Shown here one piece after another: positions 21,159-28,758 of a stretch of DNA of 64,000 nucleotides. Below the pieces are notes generated by a model. It had not been told where the DNA came from and ran no database searches. It saw only the letters and a list, made by a program, of their open reading frames with translations. Each line of letters begins with the position of its first letter. The stretch's first letter is position 1. The position numbers were made by a program, and so were the translations under genes. The DNA comes from Vicinamibacterales bacterium (lineage in GTDB: Bacteria > Acidobacteriota > Vicinamibacteria > Vicinamibacterales > JAMQPK01): positions 174,143 through 238,142 of the forward strand of contig CAWAPZ010000003.1 in NCBI GenBank assembly GCA_963784045.1, in the 5' to 3' direction.

Positions 21159-21446
21159 ATGATTATCAAGCGCATCGGACCAATGTCAATCGCGCGACTG
21201 AGCGGGATGCTGTATGCCGTCATCGGGCTCGTCCTCGGCGGGATCATCTCGTTGATCGCGCTGGCCGGCGGGTTTGCCTCGGACAGTGAAGGTGCCGCGC
21301 AATTCGGCGGCTTCATTGGGGTGGGCGCTGTTCTTGTGTTGCCGATTTGCTACGGTCTGCTGGGATTCGTCGCGACGCTCATCGCCGCGTGGCTCTACAA
21401 CGTCGCGGCAGGGGTCGTGGGCGGCATCGAGGTTGATATTTCCTGA
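21159..21446 (+). CDS. Small membrane protein (DUF3566-like from memory; ends LYNVAAGVVGGIEVDIS)
   Basis: 95 aa with two hydrophobic helices. SD-like GGTGAGG lies 4 nt upstream of the ATG. Confidence 0.55.
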   Translation: MIIKRIGPMSIARLSGMLYAVIGLVLGGIISLIALAGGFASDSEGAAQFGGFIGVGAVLVLPICYGLLGFVATLIAAWLYNVAAGVVGGIEVDIS

Positions 21447-21452
21447 TCGTCC

Positions 21453-21562
21453 CACCGCGGAGACGCGACGCCGCCACGGATCCTGAACAGAAGTCAGGAG
21501 AATCAGGAGAATCTCTGCAGGATTCCCGCTGGGCGATGGGCGTCATCCAGAACGTACTCAAC
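21453..21562 (+). repeat. Copy 2 of the roughly 110-bp dispersed element (head CACCGCGGAGACGC..GGATCCTGAAC, tail CCAGAACGTACTCAAC)
   Basis: Direct repeat of 20995-21105. The two copies flank the 95-aa membrane protein gene. Confidence 0.8.
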
Positions 21563-21564
21563 TC

Positions 21565-22365
21565 CTAGTCTCTTGTTCTCTTGTTCGTCTTTCTGGTATG
21601 CGAATCTGAGGGTTGTGAACGCCTCCCGGCGTGCTTGAGCTTCCGCACTTCCTCCGTCGTGAGTTCCCTGTAACTCCCAACCCTCAGATTCTTGTCGGCG
21701 ATGGGGCCGATGCGGACGCGTTTGAGGGTTCGAACGGGATGGCCGATCGCGTCGGCCATCTTGCGGACCTGGCGCGTGCGGCCTTCGTGAATTGTGACGC
21801 GCAAGACCGACGTGTCCGCATCAGTGCGCCGCTCCCGCAGCAGTTCGACGTTCGCGGGACTCGTCCGGCGGCCTTCGATGACGATGCCGCGCGCGAGACG
21901 ATCGATGTCGTGCGCATCAGGAACGCCGAGCACCTGCGCCTCGTACACGCGCTCGACCTCGTGTCTCGGATGCATCAGCATGGCGGCGAGATCGCCGTCG
22001 TTGGTGAGAAGCAGCAGCCCTTCGGAATCGAAGTCAAGGCGTCCGACGGGATACACATACTCCCGCACGCCCTTCAGGAGATCGAGCACCGTCGGCCTGT
22101 GCTCAGGATCGGATCGCGTGGTGACGTAGCCTCGCGGCTTGTTGAGGAGGAGATATCGATGCCGCTGCGGTTGCTTGATGCGGCGTTCGTCGACGCGGAT
22201 GTCATCTGTATCCGGATCGGCCTTTGTGCCGAGCTCGGTAACCGTTGCGCCGTTGACCTGAACGCGCCCTTCTTCGATGAGCTTCTCAGCCGCGCGTCGG
22301 GACGCGACCCCTGCGGCGGAGATGATCTTTTGCAGCCGGACTTCTACCATGGCGAAATCTTTCAT
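21565..22365 (-). CDS. rluB: Pseudouridine synthase, RsuA/RluB family
   Basis: S4 domain (RLQKIISAAGVASRRAAEKLIEEGRV) and catalytic motif GRLDFDSEGLLLLTNDG. The start is ATG 22365 or 22350. The longer ORF to 22539 overlaps the upstream gene and is rejected. Confidence 0.85.
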   Translation of the reverse strand: MKDFAMVEVRLQKIISAAGVASRRAAEKLIEEGRVQVNGATVTELGTKADPDTDDIRVDERRIKQPQRHRYLLLNKPRGYVTTRSDPEHRPTVLDLLKGVREYVYPVGRLDFDSEGLLLLTNDGDLAAMLMHPRHEVERVYEAQVLGVPDAHDIDRLARGIVIEGRRTSPANVELLRERRTDADTSVLRVTIHEGRTRQVRKMADAIGHPVRTLKRVRIGPIADKNLRVGSYRELTTEEVRKLKHAGRRSQPSDSHTRKTNKRTRD

Positions 22366-22366
22366 C

Positions 22367-22387
22367 TGGAATCTTGAATCTAACGTA
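22367..22387. repeat. Short 7-bp array: TGGAATC TTGAATC TAACGTA
   Basis: Same unit family as 36980-37035. Lies between the SGNH hydrolase stop and the rluB start. Confidence 0.55.
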
Positions 22388-23045
22388 GATGCGGGCGCAG
22401 CATCTCCGTCCACGCCTTGTAGCCGGCCGGTGTCATGTGCAGACCGTCGTCGACGAAGAACTCGGGCTTCGGCGTGCCATCCTTTCCGATCATCGACGGC
22501 CATGGATCGACATACGTGCATTTGCGATCTGCCGCGCACTGCGTACGGATGAGCGTGTTCGTCTGGTGCATCCCGTCTCGGAGCTTCCAGCGCAGGAGCG
22601 ATGGCTTCAGGCCGATGACGACGGTGCGGGTGGCCGGCAGTGAGGTATGAATCAGTTGCAGGAACTTGTCGAAATCAGATGCGATGGTGTCGGGAGTGAC
22701 GCCGCGATTCAGGTCGTTCTCGCCGGCATACAGGACGACGATGCGTGGCGCATGCGGCACCACGGCTCTGGGGGCGTATTTGACGGCCTCGGAGAGCTCC
22801 GACCCGCCGAACCCGCGATTCACCACGCGGAGATCGGGAAACGACTCAGCGAGATTCGTCCATCGCGCGATGCTCGATGCGCCGATGAACAGGATGCCGC
22901 CCTTGAGGGGAGGAGTCGCCTTGTCCTCCGCCTCGAACTTCTGAATCGCCGGCTCAAACCGGTTCGGATCGATAGGTTGCTGTGCGGTGAGCCCCAGAGT
23001 GGCGGCAAACACCGATGCAAGGACGAGCGTCATGACACGTCGCAT
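22380..23045 (-). CDS. SGNH/GDSL-family hydrolase with signal peptide
   Basis: Blocks GASS, GFGGS, GEND and DGLHMT in SGNH order. Confidence 0.8.
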   Translation of the reverse strand: MRRVMTLVLASVFAATLGLTAQQPIDPNRFEPAIQKFEAEDKATPPLKGGILFIGASSIARWTNLAESFPDLRVVNRGFGGSELSEAVKYAPRAVVPHAPRIVVLYAGENDLNRGVTPDTIASDFDKFLQLIHTSLPATRTVVIGLKPSLLRWKLRDGMHQTNTLIRTQCAADRKCTYVDPWPSMIGKDGTPKPEFFVDDGLHMTPAGYKAWTEMLRPHLR

Positions 23046-23080
23046 AGAGGCCTCCTGGTGCCGGAATCATAACCCCTGAA

Positions 23081-23779
23081 TTGCTCGGATATACTCCGAA
23101 CGTGTCCTCTCGTCGTCTCATCATCGCGATCGACGGCCCTTCGGGCGCCGGAAAAGGGACGGTTGCGCGCGAGATTGCGCGCCGCCTCGATTACAAGCAT
23201 CTCGACACCGGCGCGATGTACCGGGCCGTCGCCTGGAAGGCGCTGCGCGATCGATTGCCGCTCGATGATGAAGATGCCATGGCCGATCTCGCGCAGCGTG
23301 CGGCGCTCGACGTCGGACCTGCCGCCGTTCTCATCGACGGCCACGACGTGACGAGCGCGATTCGCACGCCGGAAATCGATCGTGCGTCCGCGGCCGCGGC
23401 GCGCCTGCCGAAAGTGCGCGCGGTGCTCGTCGAGCGTCAGCGCCAGCAAGGCGCGCACGGCGGCATCGTCATGGAGGGGCGCGATATCGGATCGGTCGTC
23501 TTTCCGAACGCCGACGTGAAGATCTACCTCGACGCGTCTCCGGAGGAGCGGGCGCGCCGACGTGCCGCCGATCCGGCGCACGGAATCAATCGGGCAGCTG
23601 CCGCCGCGGATGTCGCAGCCGAGATGGCGGCGCGCGACCGATCGGATCGCACGCGCTCGACGTCGCCGCTGACCATCCCGTCGGACGCCGTCCCGCTCGA
23701 TACGAGCGGGCTGTCGATCGAGGACACCGTCGAACAGGTGCTGGCGATCGTCACGCGTGCGATGTCCGCCCCGCGGTGA
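23081..23779 (+). CDS. cmk: Cytidylate kinase
   Basis: IAIDGPSGAGKGTVAREIA...LDTGAMYRA. Alternative GTG start at 23102. Confidence 0.92.
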   Translation: MLGYTPNVSSRRLIIAIDGPSGAGKGTVAREIARRLDYKHLDTGAMYRAVAWKALRDRLPLDDEDAMADLAQRAALDVGPAAVLIDGHDVTSAIRTPEIDRASAAAARLPKVRAVLVERQRQQGAHGGIVMEGRDIGSVVFPNADVKIYLDASPEERARRRAADPAHGINRAAAAADVAAEMAARDRSDRTRSTSPLTIPSDAVPLDTSGLSIEDTVEQVLAIVTRAMSAPR

Positions 23780-24482
23780 TCGTCGGAGTGGGACCGCCGC
23801 TCCACGTGAACCGGTAGGTTTTTCCCCGACGAACGTTGGCTACGAGCGCGGGCCGGAAGCAGGCCACGCACGTGCCGCCGGCATGCCGGACGCTGGGATA
23901 TATCACGCCTAGAGAGTCCGCCTCGAGAAGGCGCTCGGCCAGCGCCTGAGACTCGACGTAGCTGTCAGGATCGAGATATGCGCGCATCCGGGAAAGGTCC
24001 GACGTGTCCGCCGCAGCGCTGTGCGCGGAGGCGGATCGAAGGTCGTGAAACGATGCGCTGAAGTCGCAGCGGTAGTCATCGTAGGTGACCGTATCTTCGA
24101 AGCGGCCAATCTCCGCGAGTTCAACTGTCTTGTGGAAGCCCACTTCCGCCTGCGAAGTCTCGAGCGCAAACGCGGCGTACCAGGCGCCGCGCCCCGGTCC
24201 GTTGAAGCGGCTGCCGAGCGGATGCGGGTGACAAAAGGCCGCGTTGATGACGGACGCATGCGGAACCGCACTCACCAGTTCCTCGACGCCGATGCCCGGC
24301 AGCCGCTGCCGCGACGCAAGCAGGCGGTCGTTCGTCGCCGCATCCAGCTCGAAAATCGCCTGCAGATGCGCGTCGTCGTCGCTGATGGCGACGAGCACGC
24401 TGTCGCTGTGCGGCAGATGCCGTGAGAGTACGAGCCGGTGGGTATCGAACTGGCGGACGAGCGCGACCGGCGGACCCGTCAT
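23751..24482 (-). CDS. RES-domain toxin (ParT/MbcT-like NAD+-targeting toxin)
   Basis: R-E-S triad context: GSRFNGPGRGAWYAA, ETSQAEV, YPSVRHAGGTCVACF. ATG 24482 overlaps the antitoxin stop as ATGA. Confidence 0.85.
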   Translation of the reverse strand: MTGPPVALVRQFDTHRLVLSRHLPHSDSVLVAISDDDAHLQAIFELDAATNDRLLASRQRLPGIGVEELVSAVPHASVINAAFCHPHPLGSRFNGPGRGAWYAAFALETSQAEVGFHKTVELAEIGRFEDTVTYDDYRCDFSASFHDLRSASAHSAAADTSDLSRMRAYLDPDSYVESQALAERLLEADSLGVIYPSVRHAGGTCVACFRPALVANVRRGKTYRFTWSGGPTPTITAGRTSHA

Positions 24483-24919
24483 CCCGAGCGGCGCGCGTCT
24501 AGCAGACGTCGCACGGTCTGCATCGCGGGCAGACCGCCGCGGATCATGTACCCGAGCGGCGTGTCGCCGGCGAAGATCGGATTGGTGTTCGGCAGGCGCA
24601 CCCACTCGTCCGCGAGCTTGCGCGAGTGAAGGATGTGCAGCGCTTTGAAAATGCCGATGAGATAGGAAATGCGCGTGAGCCGGTCGGTATCGAGCATCCG
24701 ATCGGGCTTGCGCTTCATTTCATAGAAGGGGCCGTTTGTGACTCCGCCGAGCAGGGCGCGGGCATCTTCATCGCGCACTTTCCAGCGCGTGGCGATGTTG
24801 AAAAACGCCTTCAGGCCGGGCGCGGACAAACGCTCGCGCACGGCCCGTGTACTGAGGTCGGGTGGGGATTCCGTCTGGTAGCGGCTGGCGGGGTACCGCA
24901 GGACCTGTGCCATCATCAA
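24479..24919 (-). CDS. Xre/ParS/MbcA-type antitoxin (DUF2384 C-terminal toxin-binding domain)
   Basis: Motifs RISYLIGIFKAL and PNTNPIFAGDTPLGYMIRGG..RRLLD. Likely real start is ATG 24913, 6 nt after an AGGAG. Confidence 0.85.
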   Translation of the reverse strand: MMMAQVLRYPASRYQTESPPDLSTRAVRERLSAPGLKAFFNIATRWKVRDEDARALLGGVTNGPFYEMKRKPDRMLDTDRLTRISYLIGIFKALHILHSRKLADEWVRLPNTNPIFAGDTPLGYMIRGGLPAMQTVRRLLDARRSG

Positions 24920-24931
24920 CTCCTAATCAGG

Positions 24932-24961
24932 AGTATATTTTATCCTGACTGGCGGCGTCAA
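24932..24961 (-). promoter_or_regulatory. Candidate promoter of the Xre/RES toxin-antitoxin operon
   Basis: On the minus strand: TTGACG, 18-nt spacer, TATACT. Followed by the palindrome CTCCTAATCAGGAG, which overlaps the SD. Confidence 0.35.
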
Positions 24962-24976
24962 GCCCCGCGGCGGCGT

Positions 24977-25687
24977 CTACGAGTCGCGGCGGTTGCGATC
25001 CTTGTAGTCCTCTGCGCTCGCCGGGTCGTATTCCCAGCGGTTGCGGTCGCGGCTCTCGATCTTGTCGGCGCCCTTCAGTTCCTCGGAATCCTCATATTCG
25101 ACGCCCAACGCACGCCCGATTTCCTCGACGACATCCTGATCCGGTGTCGACATGTCGCCGCCCGGCGTCTCCTCGCCGCTGGAGTACGCGTCGTTCCAAT
25201 CCGAATCGACGTCGCCACCGGTGAGCGCCTGTCCGCCTTCAGTGTGTTCCTTGGCGCGCTGGTTATACATCTGATGGCCCGACTCGGCCGCCGACGCCTT
25301 GGTCGCGAAGTTCAAGCTCGACGGCGCGCCTGGGACCGTTTCGTCCTCGCGCAACTGACGCCGCTCGCGCGAAAGAGCCGCGGGCTTCGGCCGCGAGGCC
25401 GCCTGTCGTGGAGGTTTAGCGGGCGCAGAGCGCGCAGCAGCACGGGTGCGGGCGGCCTTGCGTGCGGTGGCCTGCCTCGCCGACCTGTCCGACGTGGCGC
25501 GACGCGCGGCGGCGGAAGCGCCCGGGGCGCGAGGGCGGGCTTTCGGCTTCGCCGCGGGCCGTCGACGGGCGGATTTGCGCGAACTTTGGCGCGCCTTCGC
25601 CTGTCGCGTCGCCGTGCCAGTGGCGCGAGGTCGGGCCTTGCGGCCGTCCTTACGCGCGCGTGCCTTCGCTTTGCGTTTTGCCATCAC
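24977..25687 (-). CDS. Hypothetical bipartite protein: Arg/Lys/Ala-rich N-terminal half, acidic conserved-looking C-terminal half
   Basis: 236-aa ORF. The N-terminal roughly 110 aa are histone-H1/AlgP-like low complexity. C-terminal sequence includes TGGDVDSDWNDAYSSGEETPGGDMSTPDQDVVEEIGRALGVEYEDSEEL. Confidence 0.6.
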   Translation of the reverse strand: MMAKRKAKARARKDGRKARPRATGTATRQAKARQSSRKSARRRPAAKPKARPRAPGASAAARRATSDRSARQATARKAARTRAAARSAPAKPPRQAASRPKPAALSRERRQLREDETVPGAPSSLNFATKASAAESGHQMYNQRAKEHTEGGQALTGGDVDSDWNDAYSSGEETPGGDMSTPDQDVVEEIGRALGVEYEDSEELKGADKIESRDRNRWEYDPASAEDYKDRNRRDS

Positions 25688-25738
25688 CAGAGTCCTTTCA
25701 GCCTCTCGCGCCGTCTCCCAGGAAGGCCTGAGGCGTCC

Positions 25739-25768
25739 TTGACAGTTTAACCATAAACTCTCTACACT
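25739..25768 (+). promoter_or_regulatory. Candidate sigma-70-type promoter of rpsA
   Basis: TTGACA (25739-25744), 18-nt spacer, TACACT (25763-25768). Implies a leader of about 180 nt. Confidence 0.35.
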
Positions 25769-25951
25769 CTAACGCTTATCGCAACATCAACGGCCGCAGC
25801 ATGAAACTGCTTGCTTCACCGACCTGTCCGCCGAAGCGCAGCGCGCGAAGGTGGAAGCGCGAGAGCGCGAAGGCGGGCCGACGATGAAATCCGGGGCGCC
25901 GGACCCCTCAAACACGGCAATCGATTCGATCGATCAGGAGAACTTCAAGGC

Positions 25952-27736
25952 ATGGTGAACGTGGACGACGAGCGCACTCAGAAAGAATCCGCCCGGGAGA
26001 TTGGCGGCGCAACTACCCGAGCGGGCGGGAAACCCCAGGGACGGGGCGTGCTCACCCCCTTCAAGGACGACGACGCGGACCCGCAGGAATTTTCCCGGAT
26101 GCTCGACATCTACGATAACAGCTTCCGGAACATCGCCGAAGGCGAGGTGATGAAGGGAACGGTCCTTAAAGTCACCCCTTCTGAAGTGATCGTCGATATT
26201 GGCTACAAGTCGGAAGGCATCATCGGCGTCGACGAATTTCTCGACGAGCGCGGCGAAGTAACCGTGCAGCCCGGCGACACCGTCGACGTGCTCCTCGAGC
26301 GCACGGAAGATCGCGACGGCTACGTCGTGCTCTCGCGCGAAAAAGCCGAGAAGATGAAGATTTGGGACGAGGTCGAGAAGGCCTATGCCGAGCGCAAGGT
26401 CGTCATCGGCCGCGTCATCGAGCGCATCAAGGGCGGCCTCGCCGTCGACATCGGCGTCCGTGCCTTCCTGCCCGGTTCGCAGATTGACGTGCGGCCCGTC
26501 CGCAACCTCGACGCCCTGCGCGGCCAGGAACTGAGGATGCGCGTCATCAAGGTGAACAAGAAGCGCGGCAACATCGTGCTCTCACGGAAAGTCCTCCTCG
26601 AGGAGGAAAACGCCGAAAAGAAGAAGCACACCCTGCACACGCTCGCTGAAGGCAAGGTGCTCAAGGGCACCGTCAAGAACATCACCGACTACGGCGCGTT
26701 CATCGATCTCGGCGGCATCGACGGCCTGCTGCACATCACCGACATGTCGTGGGGTCGGGTGGGCCATCCGTCGGAGCTCTTTAAGGTCAACGACGAAATC
26801 GACGTCATCGTGCTCAAGTACGACCCGGCGACCGAGCGCGTCTCGCTCGGCCACAAACAGCTCGTCAACGACCCGTGGTCGAACGTGTCCGATCGGTATC
26901 CGGTGGGCGCGCGCATGTCTGGCAAGGTGGTCAGCCTCACCGACTACGGCGCGTTCATTGAGCTCGAGCCGGGCGTCGAAGGACTCATCCACGTGTCCGA
27001 GATGTCGTGGAGCAAGCGCGTCAAGCATCCGTCGAAAATCCTGAACGTCGGCGACAGCGTCGACGCGATGGTGCTCGGCGTGGATGCGACAGCACGCCGA
27101 ATTTCGCTCGGCCTCAAGCAGGTCGAAACGAATCCGTGGCACGAGCTCGCCGAGAAGTATCCGGTCGGCGCGAAGATCGTCGGCAAGGTGCGTAACCTCA
27201 CCGAGTTCGGCGCGTTCGTCGAGGTCGAGGACGACATCGACGGCCTGATTCACATCTCCGATATGTCGTGGAGCAAGCGAATCAAGCATCCGTCCGAAGT
27301 GCTGAAGAAGGGCGACAAGGTCGAGGCGATGGTCCTCAACATCGACGCCGAAAATCAGCGCCTCTCACTTGGGCTGAAGCAGCTGGCCACCGATATCTGG
27401 GATGACTTCTTCTCGCGGCATCAGGTCGGACAGACCATCGAAGGCAAGGTCGTGCGGGTCACCAACTTCGGCGCCTTCGTGGAGTTGGACGAGGGTATCG
27501 AAGGGCTCATCCACGTGTCCGAACTGGACGATACAAAGAGCACGGAGAAGATCGAGCTGACCGTCGACCAGAACTACCCGATGAAGATCATCAAGCTCGT
27601 GCCGTCGGAACGGAAGATCGGACTCAGCATTCGCGCGCTGAAATCAGACGAGTTCAGGACCGACTGGGAAGAATACGCCGAGAAGGCAGGCACCGGCGAG
27701 GCGACACTCGGCGATCATTTCAAGGCGAAAGCGTAA
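25952..27736 (+). CDS. rpsA: 30S ribosomal protein S1
   Basis: Six S1 motifs (repeated G.V..I.D/FGAF..). ATG 25952 with CAGGAG 11 nt upstream. The upstream ORF extension is Arg-rich and unlikely to be coding. Confidence 0.93.
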   Translation: MVNVDDERTQKESAREIGGATTRAGGKPQGRGVLTPFKDDDADPQEFSRMLDIYDNSFRNIAEGEVMKGTVLKVTPSEVIVDIGYKSEGIIGVDEFLDERGEVTVQPGDTVDVLLERTEDRDGYVVLSREKAEKMKIWDEVEKAYAERKVVIGRVIERIKGGLAVDIGVRAFLPGSQIDVRPVRNLDALRGQELRMRVIKVNKKRGNIVLSRKVLLEEENAEKKKHTLHTLAEGKVLKGTVKNITDYGAFIDLGGIDGLLHITDMSWGRVGHPSELFKVNDEIDVIVLKYDPATERVSLGHKQLVNDPWSNVSDRYPVGARMSGKVVSLTDYGAFIELEPGVEGLIHVSEMSWSKRVKHPSKILNVGDSVDAMVLGVDATARRISLGLKQVETNPWHELAEKYPVGAKIVGKVRNLTEFGAFVEVEDDIDGLIHISDMSWSKRIKHPSEVLKKGDKVEAMVLNIDAENQRLSLGLKQLATDIWDDFFSRHQVGQTIEGKVVRVTNFGAFVELDEGIEGLIHVSELDDTKSTEKIELTVDQNYPMKIIKLVPSERKIGLSIRALKSDEFRTDWEEYAEKAGTGEATLGDHFKAKA

Positions 27737-27856
27737 GGCCGCCGCAGGGCCGACCTGAAGGTGAGAGGCATGGCCGACCTGAAGGTCGGCACGACGATTG
27801 ACGTGACGCGACACCCTGTACGTAGTGCTGGCCTTTAGGCCAGCCCAAGGAAAAAA

Positions 27857-28198
27857 ATGGACGATCACGATCACGAGCAGGAGATGGCAGCGGCGCTCGG
27901 CGGGAGCATGACGAAAGCCGAGCTCGTGGAGGAAGTCTCACGGGTCTCGGACCTCACCAAGAAGCACTCCGAGGTGATCGTCGACACCGTGTTCCGCAGC
28001 ATCATCACGGCACTGCATCGCGGCGAAAAGATCGAGCTGCGCGGTTTCGGGAGCTTTCGACTCCGCCGGCGCGAGCCGCGCAAGGGCCGCAATCCGAAAA
28101 CCGGCGACAAGGTAGACGTGCCGCCGAAGAAAGTCCCGTACTTCAAGCCCGGCAAAGAACTGAAAGAACTCATCAACCAAGAACCTCCGCAGGTCTAG
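27857..28198 (+). CDS. ihfB: Integration host factor beta-like HU/IHF family protein
   Basis: MTKAELVEE...GFGSFRLRRREPRKGRNPKTGDKVDVPPKKVPYFKPGKELK closely parallels E. coli IHF-beta. Homology favours a start at 27908; SD-like AAGGA favours 27857. Confidence 0.88.
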   Translation: MDDHDHEQEMAAALGGSMTKAELVEEVSRVSDLTKKHSEVIVDTVFRSIITALHRGEKIELRGFGSFRLRRREPRKGRNPKTGDKVDVPPKKVPYFKPGKELKELINQEPPQV

Positions 28199-28212
28199 AA
28201 CCAGGGAGTGGC

Positions 28213-28255
28213 GATCCCCAATCCCCAATCCCGAATCCCTGATCCCCAATCCCGT
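28213..28255. repeat. 7-bp tandem array, C-rich on the + strand: GATCCCC AATCCCC AATCCCG AATCCCT GATCCCC AATCCCG
   Basis: Read directly. Fills the ihfB/HIT spacer up to ATG 28257. Confidence 0.92.
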
Positions 28256-28256
28256 C

Positions 28257-28757
28257 ATGGATCGTTTATGGGCTCCCTGGCGACTTTCTTACGTGACCGC
28301 CGCTCAGGTTCCGGCAACCACCTGCATCTTCTGTGACCCGTCCGCGGGCCGCGATCTCGACCTCGTCGTCTTGCGCGGTGAGCGCTGCTACGTCATCCTC
28401 AATCTCTACCCATACAACAACGGACACTTGATGGTCGTGCCCAACCGCCACCTTGCGGCGCTCGAAGCGCTGACTCCGGAAGAGCAGACCGAGTTGATGC
28501 ATTTCACGCGGCTGTCAGAGATGGCGCTGAACAACGCCTATAACCCGCAGGGCATCAACGTCGGCATCAATCTCGGCAAAGCGGCGGGCGCCGGCATCGA
28601 GAACCACCTCCACATTCATCTCGTGCCCCGCTGGTCGGGTGACACCAACTTCATGACGGCGGTGGGCGAGACGCGCGTGCTTCCCGAGGACCTGACCGCG
28701 ACGGCCGCTCGGCTGCGCCCGATTTTCGAGACGTTGCGCGCCCGTCCGGGCCCCTGA
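28257..28757 (+). CDS. HIT-family nucleotide hydrolase/phosphorylase
   Basis: Histidine triad HLHIHLVPRW, with NNGHLMVVPNRH upstream. Confidence 0.85.
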   Translation: MDRLWAPWRLSYVTAAQVPATTCIFCDPSAGRDLDLVVLRGERCYVILNLYPYNNGHLMVVPNRHLAALEALTPEEQTELMHFTRLSEMALNNAYNPQGINVGINLGKAAGAGIENHLHIHLVPRWSGDTNFMTAVGETRVLPEDLTATAARLRPIFETLRARPGP

Positions 28758-28758
28758 G

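Noticed and set aside
25801-25887. 28-codon ORF (MKLLASPTCPPKRSARRWKRESAKAGRR) in the rpsA leader
   Set aside because: It has no SD, a basic low-complexity product, and lies in repetitive GC-rich leader sequence. It is likely non-coding.
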